From positions 1 through 61,736 of the IMG/VR virus record IMGVR_UViG_3300031454_000003: a DNA stretch of 61,736 nt; one strand, given 5' to 3'. A model generated the notes under the pieces. The model did not search any database and was not told the DNA's origin. It saw only the letters and a program-made list of their open reading frames with translations. Position numbers and translations under genes: made by a program. This stretch comes from a virus. Positions 1 to 10,103 of the stretch are shown one piece after another. Each line of letters begins with the position of its first letter. The first letter of the stretch is position 1.

Positions 1-44
1 CTATGAGGTTGACGCTTCTCAGCTCATCACAGTAATCTTCGTGG
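1..44. repeat. 44-bp terminal direct repeat, identical to 61693..61736 (circular closure or assembly overlap)
   Basis: ctatgaggttgacgcttctcagctcatcacagtaatcttcgtgg is present at both window ends. Confidence 0.95.
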
Positions 45-277
45 CTCTTCGTGCAGGTAACCAGTTCAGTAAAGAAAGACTTAGATACCTTCAGCTGGTC
101 AGCCATCTTGCCTATGAGAAAATTCCCAATCTCTTTCTCTCTGCCGTGCGACATGCGCGTTTTGGTCACGATCTTGCCATTATGCCTGTAAACGTAATAG
201 TGGTGATGCGTTTCGTCGATCTCGCACGCCAACTTTCCCGTAAGCGCCTGCTTAACCTGCCTAGCTGCTAGCGGCAC
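1..277 (-). CDS. HicA-like small protein (toxin-fold candidate). The ORF is cut by the linearisation point and ends GAG TAA at 61688..61692 after closure
   Basis: GTG at 277 overlaps the upstream ORF. Translation ..ETHHHYYVYRHNGKIVTKTRMSHGREKEIGNFLIGKMADQLKVSKSFF.. resembles the HicA SH-G/KEIG/L..Q.G.S core. Confidence 0.4.
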   Translation of the reverse strand, partial: MPLAARQVKQALTGKLACEIDETHHHYYVYRHNGKIVTKTRMSHGREKEIGNFLIGKMADQLKVSKSFFTELVTCTKSHEDYCDELRSVNLI

Positions 278-695
278 GCCCGCCTTGCCCGTTAGGGAAG
301 TAGTCAGTTCGGTTGTTGCCGCCTACGGAACGCTTACCCGCAGACGAAGATGATTGGGAATTATGACCTAACCTCAACGAGGAGGGATTAAGTACTTTCT
401 CGAGAAAGGCTAGTTCCGCACCCAATCTTAAGGAAAGATTGTCACGCTCGTTTTGCAACATCTCATAAGATTCTCGCACCGCCTGTACGAGGTCGTCTAT
501 GGCCTCCTGTTGGGATGCGCCGACCCCGTAAGTGTCAATCTCCTTCGGAAAAATGATGGTAGCGAAAAACTCGCCGTCTTCATAGCATAACGAAAAGGCA
601 ACACCTACGTTATGGCCGTAGGTGTCTAAAGTTCCAATGTTAAAGGTCGAGGAGACTAATGGGTTTGGACCTTCAATTTTGCCGGTCTGAGTCAT
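261..695 (-). CDS. HicB-like (UPF0150-type) protein, antitoxin candidate
   Basis: ATG at 695 lies behind AGGAGGGGG. CYEDGEFFATIIFPKEIDTYGVGASQQEAIDDLVQAVRESYEML resembles the HicB N-terminal fold signature. No recognisable DNA-binding tail. Confidence 0.4.
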   Translation of the reverse strand: MTQTGKIEGPNPLVSSTFNIGTLDTYGHNVGVAFSLCYEDGEFFATIIFPKEIDTYGVGASQQEAIDDLVQAVRESYEMLQNERDNLSLRLGAELAFLEKVLNPSSLRLGHNSQSSSSAGKRSVGGNNRTDYFPNGQGGRAASS

Positions 696-892
696 TATCC
701 CCCTCCTGTCCTGTAAGTTGTTGAGTAAGCTCTTTTGGTAAAGATATTGGAGCGATTCGCTGCTCATAAACAGTTATGAACGTTTGAAGCAGCAAAACGA
801 AGGCCCGGACGTGTGGAACCACCTTGACCAATACCCCGGCTTTCATCTACGTTAAGACGTATCCATAAACCCCTCCAAATGGGCTAAACCCA

Positions 893-3800
893 TCAGCGCC
901 TCCGGGGGCGACGTGACCACTCGAGGGTGCTGCCCGCTGCGTTCGTCGCCATCTTCTCAACTGCGGCAGCGAATCTTTCGGCAGCGTCAAACTGTAACCG
1001 CGCCGCGTTCATCATCAGGCTCGAGGCGCGTTCCATACCGGCAACGGGCGCGGCAAACGAATCTTTAAGCCCGCTGAAGGTGATGTTTAAGCTCAGCGCG
1101 CGCTCTTGTTTACTGCTGAGTGCGAGCGTCCGCGAAGGTCCGAACAGGTCGAGTAGGCCGGTCGTAGCGGCAGCGTAAGCGAGAGCGCCGCTTGTGGCGT
1201 AACTGTAGTCAGGCAAGAACCCGTCAGCGGCAAACGCGCCGATGCTGGGCATAAAGTCTACGGGTGAGATGACCGGCGCTTCACCTGCGTAGCCCGATGA
1301 GCTGGGTGTAGGTGGCGTCGGCAGTTTCGGATACTTGAAGTTTTTAATTACGTCGGCAATACGGCCAAGCGCCCGCTGTAGGGCGGTCTCCTGATCGTTA
1401 ATAATGCCGATGTACTTGTCCATCCCGGTTTTGTAGGCGTCGCCCTGATCGCTAAACGTCGAGTTCGTTTTACCGATTACGTCGTCTCTCATTTTGCCGA
1501 GTGCGCCGGTGACGGTTGACACCGCCGAGCTGAGCGCCGACTTTTCAACGCCGGACGCTTTATCAATGATGCTGCGGAACTCGCGGCTGCCGTTGTCGAA
1601 CGTGCTGCCGATACCCCGGTAGCCTGAATCGGTGTCGCTAGAGATGGACTTTTGCCACGCGCCGAGCGCGCCGGACAAGAGCTTTTCGGCTCCTGAAATG
1701 GCACTCTGTTCAGATTTGGCGCTGCTGTCTATTTGGTTCTGATAGTCGCGGCTATCAGCCTCGTGCTCACGTTTGAGGGCGTCGTACTCACGTTGTAGGG
1801 TGGCTTTTTCGTCGCCTTTTGCCGACGCGATGAGCCGCTCAAATACGGCGGACTCTGCCGAAAACTTACTTTGCTCGGCTTCATAGGCCCGCTGAATTTG
1901 CGAGACCATCTCGCTCGAGCCTTTGCTAAGTCCGCCCGTCACGTCGCCGTAAAGCGAACCGATAGCCGACGTGATGTTTCCGCTTATGTTGCCGACGGTA
2001 CCTGAGACCGCGCTGCCTTGGGTCGTGAAGGCTTGGCTTTCGTCGTTTCCTGACGCGCTTATCGCCGCCGTGAAGATTCGTGAAGCTACCCCAACGGTGT
2101 TGCCCATGCCCGCGTAATCACCGTTTAGGACGCCGGTGATTTTTGAGACCGTATCGGTAATGCTGCTGCCGATAGCGGTGCCGCTAGTGTTGACCGAGTT
2201 GGTTACGTCGCCGGTCATGCTGTCAAACGTGGCCGCGATCTCCCCGTCTACCTGCCGGGTTGCGTCGGCGATACTCATACCGCCGCGCACAAGTTCTTCA
2301 ATACGGCTGTTTCGGGTCGAGAGTTCCAGGGCGACCTTCTCGCGCCCCGCCGCAATCTCGGCGGCAGTCATGTTCGCGCCGCTGATGAACTCGTCTTGCA
2401 GGCGCTTGGCGGATTCTCTGAGTGCGGGTGTTAGGTCGCTACGCTCGAGTAGACCTTGGAGGGTATTCTCCCGGTCCGTAAGGGCTTGCGCTTCGGTTTC
2501 CGCCCCGGCGTCTATACCTGCGGCGGTCTCCCTGCTGCCTTCTTCGTATGCGCCTGACTGCCCATCGTAAGTTGCTTGAATCAAGCCGATGATTTCATCG
2601 GCGGCGGGACCGAGCAGCGCACGGAGTTGAGCGTAGATATTGTCGAGAGCCGCTAATTGGCTCTGGTTACCTGTTTCAGCCGCTTGTCCGGCCTCTGCGC
2701 CGCCCTCTGTGTGTGCCGCCTGCTGGCCCTCGTACGTCTCATTGATAAGGGCGATAATCTCGTCAGCAGCTGGTCCCAGAATCGCGCGCAACTGTGACTC
2801 AATGTTGGACAGCGCCGCCATATGCTCAGCGTTCCCCTGTTCGGCCCCCTCTGAAACGCGAGCGCCGCCCTCGGTATGCGCGCCGTAGACCTCGTTATAC
2901 ATATCCTCGAGGTACCCGGGCAGCTCAATTCCATACTCGCGGGCGGTGGCGATAAAGTCGAGCAGAGCAAGCCGCTGTTCTTCGGTCATGTCGCCGAGAA
3001 CTTCTTGGTTCCCCTCGATGACGGCTTTCCAGTATTCTCTTTCGGACAAGCCTAGTTCTTCAGCCTGCGTTTGGGACTCGAGCAGAATAGCAGCTGAGGT
3101 GTTCGCGTAGTTTTCTTCCAATGCGTCACGTCCGGGCGCAACGATACTTTCTGCGTACGCTTCAGCTTCCTCACGGCTGATGCCGGGGTTAGCAAGAATG
3201 TACGCCCGGATGATGTCTTCCTTGTCTGTTTCTAAATCAGCCATGTCGTCCATAAACGATTGATGGGCGTCTAGAATTTTTGCGTTCGTCTCGAGTATGA
3301 GTATTTCAATATCAGACGCGCCCTGTGCTTTGGCAAGCCGGATACGTGAGTCTAGTAGGCTGTTCTCCCATTCGTCGGTAGCGTCGTTAAAGCTGTCTAT
3401 CTGATCTTGCAGCGCGGCTTCCATGCTTTCGCGCATTTCAGAACCGGCATTGTCCCAGTCGTTGCCGATGTCCTCGGCGTAACCGTCAATGGCGTCGCCA
3501 ATAATTACCGAGCCGTTGGCTACCGACCCGGCAACACCTGAGTTACCGGACTCGAGTTCAGCGATAAAGTCTTCGGTACTTTGCCCTGCTGCGAGCGCCG
3601 TATCAATACCGCCCTGAACGATGGCGTCGGCATTTAACTCGCCACCTTCTCGAATGGCGGTCTCTTCGGCGTCGAAGCCATCGTTGATTAGAGCGATGTC
3701 ATCAGGGTCGGTAATACCCTGTAGCGCCTCCCGCCTGCGTAGCGCAACGTCGGCTAAATCGTCGTTTACCTGCCGCTGGTTTTCAATGAGGTCAAGCTGG

Positions 3801-6800
3801 GTGTTGATGATGTTAAAGCTAAGCTCATCGAGCGCACCGGTCGCAAGGTCATTTTCGGCAAGTTGACGCATGTTGTCTATAGACTGGTCGATGGCACTGT
3901 CAAGTGCGTCCATCGAGCCCGTCATAGCGTCGGTAAACTGCTGCATCTCGCGCTTTGATTCGCTTACGAAGTCGATAAAGGCGTTTAACAGACCTCCCAG
4001 CGCCGCGATAGCCGCCCCGATATAGTCGCCGCTGGCAGCCTTTAGTGCGACCTGCGCGATGTCATCGATTGCTTTGACGCCCGCGTAGGCGGCGGGGCTA
4101 AGGTCGTCTCGGAAGCCTTCAGCTAGAGCGTCGATACCCGCGCCGAGAACAGCGATGCCTTCAGACGGCGTGACGACGCCATCTGAGAGCGCCTTAGACA
4201 TTCCCTTACTTGCATCCGAGAGGGCTTGCAGACCCCCTCTTGCCTGATCGGAAAGTCCAGGTATGTCGGCAAGCGCCCGGTCTGCCGCTGCACCGATCTC
4301 GTCAAAAGTAGAGGCAACATCACGCGCCAAAGCTAAAGCACGAAGGTCTTCTTGGGTCTGCCGCGCTTGCTCGCTGAGTCTGCCTGTCCCCTCTGCCGCC
4401 GTGTCGAGCGAGCTAATGAGGTCGGCTATGTCCTCGGTGGCGATACCTGAAGCGTCACCTAGTGCTTGCTGGGCGTCGCGGGTAGTTTTGAGGTTTTCGG
4501 CGTAGCGTTCGGCAGCTTCTTTTGCACGTTCTACCGCTTCAGCCTGCGCCTGAGTCTTGTCCTCAGACTCTTGCAGCGCCGTGACCCAGCCCTGTAGCCC
4601 GACCGTCGCCGGGTCGATACCTGCACGGTAGAGAGTCTCGAGTGCGCCTTGATATATCCCGGTCTTGTCGGCGTTGAACTTCGCCGCGTCGCCTGTGATA
4701 GTGAAGGCGTTCTCTGCCTCCTGTAGGGCGTTGCGTACCGTCCCCATCACATCGGCAAGAGTGTTGGTCTGTGAGATGGTCAGGGTAGAGCTAGAGGTGT
4801 ACCCGTCCTGTGTTTCTTTCAGGACACGCCACGAGTCGGAAGCCTCAGCCGCCGCTCTAGCTGCCTCGGCTTGTGCCGCTGCTAGCGTGTTGGTTTGGTC
4901 TGTAGCGATAGCCAGGCCGAGTTGCTCGAGCACGGTGGTCTGCTGATGAAAGACGGTAAGCCCATCCGCAATGGTTTTATTTAGGCCGCGCTGTGCGGCT
5001 TCTTGAGCAAACGCGGCGTCGGTGTTTGCTCTTATCGCAGCTTCGGAGGCGTCTTGGGCGTCAGCGTAAAGGTTGACGTTCTGCGCTGCGGTGCTCCATC
5101 CGAGCTGTTCGATGAGCACGCGCTGCTGGGCGAATATGGTGCTGACCGCTTGGATACTCTTATTCGCTTCGCGCTGCGCGTTGTCGTACTCGGTAACACC
5201 GTCTCTGAAGTTTGCGGCTGCGGTTGTTGCTTCCGTAAGTCGAGCCTGAACCGCCGCGATGTCTTCGTCAAACTTCTGTAAGTCTGCGGCGTCATAATCG
5301 CCAGAGGCCAGCGTATCGGCTTTTTGCTGCTTGAGTTCGGCAAGTTTGGCAGTCAGGGCATTTATCGCGGTCGTAGAGCTTATCTCCCCGCGCTGGAACG
5401 AGCTGACGATATTGTTCGCCATGTCCGCAGCGGTGCGGCCTATCTCTTCAATGTTCGCCGCAAGCCTATCGCCCGCTTCGATCTGTGAATCTATCGCCCG
5501 GATAGCTTGCAGGGCTTCAGCCTGCGCCGCCGACCCGATAGGTGAGTTTTCGTAAATCTCTACCAGCCGCTGACGCTCTTCGCGCAACGCAAGTAGTGAA
5601 CCCTCTTGCGCTTGGTTTGCTTCGCCCGCTTCGCCTTGGGTCTTGATGTATTGCTCTACGCCCGCGATAAGGACGTTGACCTCTTGGGCAACGTGCGGAT
5701 AGGCGGTGCGAAGGGCCTTAAGTTGGTTTAGAAATTGCTGGGCCTGTTCGGTGCTGAGGTTTTGCAGGCCGTTGTATTTTTCTTGCGCCCCGGTAAGACC
5801 GCCGAGTTTGTTCGCCGCCTCAACAGTTGCCTGACCGCCTCGGTTAAGCACTTCTATTTGGGCTTCGCCCTGAGAAATGAGGGGGCGCAAGGCCGCCTCG
5901 AGCTGCGGATAGACCTGCAACGCTGCGTTCAGACGGTCAACGTAAGCTTGCACCTCAGCTTTGTTTGTGCTGTACGCCTTACCCATATTGTCTATAGCGC
6001 GCTGCTGTTCTTGTTCGGCGGTTCCTAGTTTAGCTGCCGAGTCCGCCGCTTCATTTTGTGAGGTTGCAAGGCCGTCTATGCTGTCTGCTGCTGCGTCCGT
6101 AGCGGGCGGTAGACCGAAAACACCGCGTACGAAATTATCTACAGACACTAGGTTCTTTTGGTTCTCCGCTTGAAACGCCTGCATACCCTTAGTGTCAAGA
6201 GCGTCGTCTATAGCCGTGCTGATGGTGGCGTAGGTATCTTTAATGCTCTGACCTACACCGACGATTGCGCCACCGATACCGGCGATACCAGCGCCGAACT
6301 GTGCGAAGGATATACCGATCTGGCGCGCCAGTGTTTCGCTACGCCCCATAATCGGCTCGAGGCCAGCCAGACCCCGCGAAAAGTCAAGGACGTTGTTCAG
6401 TAGTCCCTGAAAAACCGGCAAGACTGCCAGCGCCATTTTGTCGCCTAAGAAACCGAACGCGCTACCGATGAGCGTAACCGTGCTGTTGAGGCTTTTTAAC
6501 TTAGCGTCAACCTCAGTTTGAAGGGCGTTTAAGTCTTCAGCTTCAGCTCGAGCCAACTTAAGTGATAAACCAAAGTCTTCATACCCGCCGACTAAGGCGT
6601 CGAGAACTCGGATGTTTTCAGAACCGCTAAAGCCCAAGTCGGCGTAAATGCCGACAAGGGACTCGCCGGAATCACTTGCTTCTTTAATGCCGCCAGTGAG
6701 CTGATAAAACGCTTCGACCGGGTTTTCCTTAAACAGCTTGGCAAACTCTTCCGAAGTCAAACCCGTGATCGCTGCAAACTTATCTAACGCCGCGCCGCCT

Positions 6801-9800
6801 TCGTCTACAGCCTTAACGATGATGTTAAAGATGCGTACGGTGCTTTCGCCGCCAGCTTCGGCGCTGAACCCTAGACTCGCGAGCGCGCCCGCCATACCTA
6901 AAATCTCAGTCTGAGACGCGCCCGCCGAGGTTGAGAGTCCGGTGAGGCGTGAGGCAAGCGCCAAGATAGGTGCTTCAGTAGTACGCAGGTTGTTGCCGAG
7001 TTCGGTGATAACGTTACCGACCAGATTAGCCGAGTCGGTGATAGACACGTTTGCGTCTTTTGTCAATCCGACGAACGTAGCAAGTTGCTGAGCACCCTCT
7101 TCTCCGACAATATCTGTGGCGATGCCCAGCTTGTTCATGATGTCAACAAAACCCGCGATGTTGTCAGCGCCTTTAATGCCGAGCTGACCCGCAACCGCCG
7201 CGTACTCCTGAAGGGCTAAGACGCCTGTGCCCGTTTCAGTCGAAATGCCTTGTAACTTCGTTTGCAACAAACCGAGTTGGTCTTGAGTCAGGCCGGTAGT
7301 CTTACCGATAGCAACCAGGCCGTCATTTAGGTCGCCAGCCCGGTCGAAAAGTGCTTTGGTCGCTACCGCCGCGCCGATGATCGCGCCGACCACACCGACC
7401 GTCAGGGCGATGTTCAACGCCTTAGCCGACAGCGAAGCTCCGGTCATTCCAGCCGACGCGCTGAACATGGCAACGCCCATCGCTTCACCCGCAGGCCCGA
7501 GGCGGTAAAGGACGTTCTGAAGCTGGTCCGAAACCCCCGCCGTGACACCTGACGCGACCCCAAAGGTGCGTACCCGGCCCTCGGCTTGCGCTAACGACGA
7601 TTCAACCCGAGTGAGACCGGTGGTGTAATTTGCGTAGGCGCGGGTGCTGTTATCCAGACCCGAGCGGCTCTGCTCGAGCGCCACGCCGATGCCGCGCGCC
7701 GAAACACTGAACTGTTCTTGCGAGATGTCGCCACGCTCTAAAGCCAGCTTGAGCTCGTTTAGTGCCGCAACTTGCTGCCGGACGTTCTCAGCCTGAAAAG
7801 CGTCACCGGCCCGCTGCTGGGCTGTGGCTAGACGCGTTGCCGCACTCTCGGTCTGCCCCATCACAGAGGCGAGCGTGCGCTGCTCGTTGGCACTTAGCGT
7901 CGTGCTATTAGCGAACTCGCGTAAACGCCCCTGAAGCGCCTCAATAGCGCGGGCGGTCTGGTCAAACGAGGTGACGCCGTTTTTGTTGGCGGTGACGATC
8001 TGCTCTAGGTCGCTGCGGAACGTCTTGAGCGCGTCAACCCGGAACGCTGCCTCGAGCTTGCTCTGCTCGGCGACAAGGCGGGTCGTTGCGCCCTCAAGCT
8101 CGCGCTCTACATTCTGTAGTGCCGTCAGCTCACGGACCGACAGGTTCGCCGCTTGTCCCGAGTCACGCAGTGAGGTGTCGAGTTTATTCAGTTCGCCTTC
8201 AATGCCTGAGAAAGCGGTACCCAGCTCACGCCCGGTGCTCTGCAAGTCCTTGAGTTCGGTGCTGTAAACCCGCACCGGCCCCGCGTCGAAGGCTCTGCTT
8301 GTGCGCTCGGCTGTGGTGCCGACCTCTAGCAGCGCCCGCTCGGATACGTCTAGCAACTTATTGAAGTCAGCAAACTCGCGGCTGTTCTGGTTCAGGGTGC
8401 TGCCGTACTCGCGCAGTCTGCTCTGCGAATCCGACACGGCGCGGGTAAAACCCTCTGCGCCGATCCCGCCTTTGTCGTAAGCCTGCACCGCGTTTTGCAA
8501 CTCACCGACGAATGAACGCAGTGCCGAAGCGTCAAACGCTCGAGCTGCTCGCTCCTGCGCCCCGGCGAAGGTGTCGGCGCTCCGGCCCGCGTCGATCTGT
8601 AAACGTGAGAAGGTATCCAGCTCACGCTCAGCTATCCCCAGCGCGGCGGCGTAGTCCTTGAACTCGGTTTGTATCTGCTGCACAGCACGAGCCGCTTGCT
8701 CGGTGCTGGTGAGGTTGCTCTTTTGCGCTTTTTCAACGTCACGGAGGCGCGCTGTGAACTGCTCGATTTCAGCACCGCGATAAGCCTGCGCCGCGCGCTC
8801 CTGTTCCCGTGTCAACGACTGTGTAGCGCGCTCGGTGGCGTCCATGACCCGGACGAGTTCCTTGTGCTCACTCGAGCCCTCTGAGAGCCCACGAGCATAG
8901 TCCTGTAACTTACCCCTCAAACCCTCGAGACCGCGCCCTAACCCGTCAAACGACCCACTCAGGCGCTCCTGCTCACCCCGGTACTGTGAAACTGCGCCTG
9001 AGTCGTACTTTAAGGCGCGCTGCTGTGAGTCGAGCCGACCGAGTTCGGCGGTCGTATTGCGGAGGGTACCCTCGAGCTGTTTTAGTTCGGTGCCGTAGGT
9101 GCGGATCTGGGCAGCGTCGTTTGCGCGAGAAGCCTTCTCCGCTGCCGTCTGATACCGCTCCTGCTGCGCTGCCGCCTCTTTAAGTAGACGACTGAACTGA
9201 TCGAACTCACGCCCGGTATTCGTGAGCGCGGCCTGTTGTTCTTTTAGTTCGGCGCTGAGTTTTTGTACACGTGTTGAGGCGTTCTCAAAACCGTCGGTGC
9301 CGGACTTTACCGCGGCGTCAATCTGCTTAAACTCGCCCGCGTAACGGCTGAGTTCATCACTGCGAAAACTAGCCGTGAGTTTGTCGGCGTCCGCCTCGAG
9401 TTTTTTGATCGCCGTCCCGGTGTCGCCCATCGCCTTAATGACAGACTTATACTCGGCGCTGTTTTTCTCGAGCGCGCCGGTCTGCTGTGCTAAGGCACTC
9501 TGATAGCTTTTGAGCTGAGAGATGGCCTGCGTTTGTGATGTGACGCCCGCTTTTTGCGCCTGCACGATGTCGAGTAGTCCCCGACCGTAGCGGGTCAGGT
9601 CTTCAGTCTTGTACGACGCGGTGAGGGACTTGTTGAGTGACTCTAGCTTTTTGCCCTCGTCGCCTGCCGCTTTCATATCTTTAGCGATGCCTAAGTATCC
9701 GGCCCCGGCTTTGTCCAGTACCGCAACCTGACCTTTTAGGATGGCCTCAAGCTCCCGGTAGCGTTGCAAGCTGCTCTGTATCTCTGCCGCGCCAGCCTTG

Positions 9801-10045
9801 ACCGCGTTCGCCAGGTTTTGCATCTCGCGCAGGGTCAGCTGCGCTTGTTTGGCGAGCGGGTCTAGGCGAGCGTTCGCTTCTTTGGCAGCGGTAGCGAGAC
9901 CCTGAAGGGCGCGCTCGAGAGTATCGGTAGATTCCTTTTTAAAGGTTTTCTCTACGGCCTGCTCGACCTCTTTTAGTGCTGTGAGGACTTTGCTGTTATC
10001 GAGTACGATTCCTACGGTTAAGGAAGCTAGCGGAATTTCTGCCAT
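893..10045 (-). CDS. tail tape measure protein, 3050 aa
   Basis: Giant ORF between the tail-tube genes and tail-tip genes. N-terminal third is made of coiled-coil repeats, with central Gly/Ala-rich hydrophobic stretches. SD GGAGGGG lies upstream. Confidence 0.9.
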   Translation of the reverse strand: MAEIPLASLTVGIVLDNSKVLTALKEVEQAVEKTFKKESTDTLERALQGLATAAKEANARLDPLAKQAQLTLREMQNLANAVKAGAAEIQSSLQRYRELEAILKGQVAVLDKAGAGYLGIAKDMKAAGDEGKKLESLNKSLTASYKTEDLTRYGRGLLDIVQAQKAGVTSQTQAISQLKSYQSALAQQTGALEKNSAEYKSVIKAMGDTGTAIKKLEADADKLTASFRSDELSRYAGEFKQIDAAVKSGTDGFENASTRVQKLSAELKEQQAALTNTGREFDQFSRLLKEAAAQQERYQTAAEKASRANDAAQIRTYGTELKQLEGTLRNTTAELGRLDSQQRALKYDSGAVSQYRGEQERLSGSFDGLGRGLEGLRGKLQDYARGLSEGSSEHKELVRVMDATERATQSLTREQERAAQAYRGAEIEQFTARLRDVEKAQKSNLTSTEQAARAVQQIQTEFKDYAAALGIAERELDTFSRLQIDAGRSADTFAGAQERAARAFDASALRSFVGELQNAVQAYDKGGIGAEGFTRAVSDSQSRLREYGSTLNQNSREFADFNKLLDVSERALLEVGTTAERTSRAFDAGPVRVYSTELKDLQSTGRELGTAFSGIEGELNKLDTSLRDSGQAANLSVRELTALQNVERELEGATTRLVAEQSKLEAAFRVDALKTFRSDLEQIVTANKNGVTSFDQTARAIEALQGRLREFANSTTLSANEQRTLASVMGQTESAATRLATAQQRAGDAFQAENVRQQVAALNELKLALERGDISQEQFSVSARGIGVALEQSRSGLDNSTRAYANYTTGLTRVESSLAQAEGRVRTFGVASGVTAGVSDQLQNVLYRLGPAGEAMGVAMFSASAGMTGASLSAKALNIALTVGVVGAIIGAAVATKALFDRAGDLNDGLVAIGKTTGLTQDQLGLLQTKLQGISTETGTGVLALQEYAAVAGQLGIKGADNIAGFVDIMNKLGIATDIVGEEGAQQLATFVGLTKDANVSITDSANLVGNVITELGNNLRTTEAPILALASRLTGLSTSAGASQTEILGMAGALASLGFSAEAGGESTVRIFNIIVKAVDEGGAALDKFAAITGLTSEEFAKLFKENPVEAFYQLTGGIKEASDSGESLVGIYADLGFSGSENIRVLDALVGGYEDFGLSLKLARAEAEDLNALQTEVDAKLKSLNSTVTLIGSAFGFLGDKMALAVLPVFQGLLNNVLDFSRGLAGLEPIMGRSETLARQIGISFAQFGAGIAGIGGAIVGVGQSIKDTYATISTAIDDALDTKGMQAFQAENQKNLVSVDNFVRGVFGLPPATDAAADSIDGLATSQNEAADSAAKLGTAEQEQQRAIDNMGKAYSTNKAEVQAYVDRLNAALQVYPQLEAALRPLISQGEAQIEVLNRGGQATVEAANKLGGLTGAQEKYNGLQNLSTEQAQQFLNQLKALRTAYPHVAQEVNVLIAGVEQYIKTQGEAGEANQAQEGSLLALREERQRLVEIYENSPIGSAAQAEALQAIRAIDSQIEAGDRLAANIEEIGRTAADMANNIVSSFQRGEISSTTAINALTAKLAELKQQKADTLASGDYDAADLQKFDEDIAAVQARLTEATTAAANFRDGVTEYDNAQREANKSIQAVSTIFAQQRVLIEQLGWSTAAQNVNLYADAQDASEAAIRANTDAAFAQEAAQRGLNKTIADGLTVFHQQTTVLEQLGLAIATDQTNTLAAAQAEAARAAAEASDSWRVLKETQDGYTSSSTLTISQTNTLADVMGTVRNALQEAENAFTITGDAAKFNADKTGIYQGALETLYRAGIDPATVGLQGWVTALQESEDKTQAQAEAVERAKEAAERYAENLKTTRDAQQALGDASGIATEDIADLISSLDTAAEGTGRLSEQARQTQEDLRALALARDVASTFDEIGAAADRALADIPGLSDQARGGLQALSDASKGMSKALSDGVVTPSEGIAVLGAGIDALAEGFRDDLSPAAYAGVKAIDDIAQVALKAASGDYIGAAIAALGGLLNAFIDFVSESKREMQQFTDAMTGSMDALDSAIDQSIDNMRQLAENDLATGALDELSFNIINTQLDLIENQRQVNDDLADVALRRREALQGITDPDDIALINDGFDAEETAIREGGELNADAIVQGGIDTALAAGQSTEDFIAELESGNSGVAGSVANGSVIIGDAIDGYAEDIGNDWDNAGSEMRESMEAALQDQIDSFNDATDEWENSLLDSRIRLAKAQGASDIEILILETNAKILDAHQSFMDDMADLETDKEDIIRAYILANPGISREEAEAYAESIVAPGRDALEENYANTSAAILLESQTQAEELGLSEREYWKAVIEGNQEVLGDMTEEQRLALLDFIATAREYGIELPGYLEDMYNEVYGAHTEGGARVSEGAEQGNAEHMAALSNIESQLRAILGPAADEIIALINETYEGQQAAHTEGGAEAGQAAETGNQSQLAALDNIYAQLRALLGPAADEIIGLIQATYDGQSGAYEEGSRETAAGIDAGAETEAQALTDRENTLQGLLERSDLTPALRESAKRLQDEFISGANMTAAEIAAGREKVALELSTRNSRIEELVRGGMSIADATRQVDGEIAATFDSMTGDVTNSVNTSGTAIGSSITDTVSKITGVLNGDYAGMGNTVGVASRIFTAAISASGNDESQAFTTQGSAVSGTVGNISGNITSAIGSLYGDVTGGLSKGSSEMVSQIQRAYEAEQSKFSAESAVFERLIASAKGDEKATLQREYDALKREHEADSRDYQNQIDSSAKSEQSAISGAEKLLSGALGAWQKSISSDTDSGYRGIGSTFDNGSREFRSIIDKASGVEKSALSSAVSTVTGALGKMRDDVIGKTNSTFSDQGDAYKTGMDKYIGIINDQETALQRALGRIADVIKNFKYPKLPTPPTPSSSGYAGEAPVISPVDFMPSIGAFAADGFLPDYSYATSGALAYAAATTGLLDLFGPSRTLALSSKQERALSLNITFSGLKDSFAAPVAGMERASSLMMNAARLQFDAAERFAAAVEKMATNAAGSTLEWSRRPRRR
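2552..2881 (-). repeat. tandem 165-nt (55-aa) duplication inside the tape measure
   Basis: AHTEGGARVSEGAEQGN..LRAILGPAADEIIALINETYEGQ is followed by AHTEGGAEAGQAAETGN..LRALLGPAADEIIGLIQATYDGQ. Confidence 0.8.
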
Positions 10046-10092
10046 ACAAAACCCCTCCTATCATGGCGTCTACTGAAGCCCCGGCGGGGCGG

Positions 10093-10098
10093 TATGAT
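10093..10098 (+). promoter_or_regulatory. candidate -10 box (TATGAT) 5 nt before the ATG at 10104, a leaderless-type arrangement
   Basis: The sequence reads TATGAT tagga ATG. No good -35 box and no SD. Confidence 0.3.
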
Positions 10099-10103
10099 TA
10101 GGA

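Noticed and set aside
927-9183. Many 60-150-aa ORFs on both strands inside the tape-measure gene
   Set aside because: They are shadow frames of a 9-kb GC-rich gene. They are Ser/Ala/Arg/Pro-rich, lack SDs, and sit entirely within a far better ORF.
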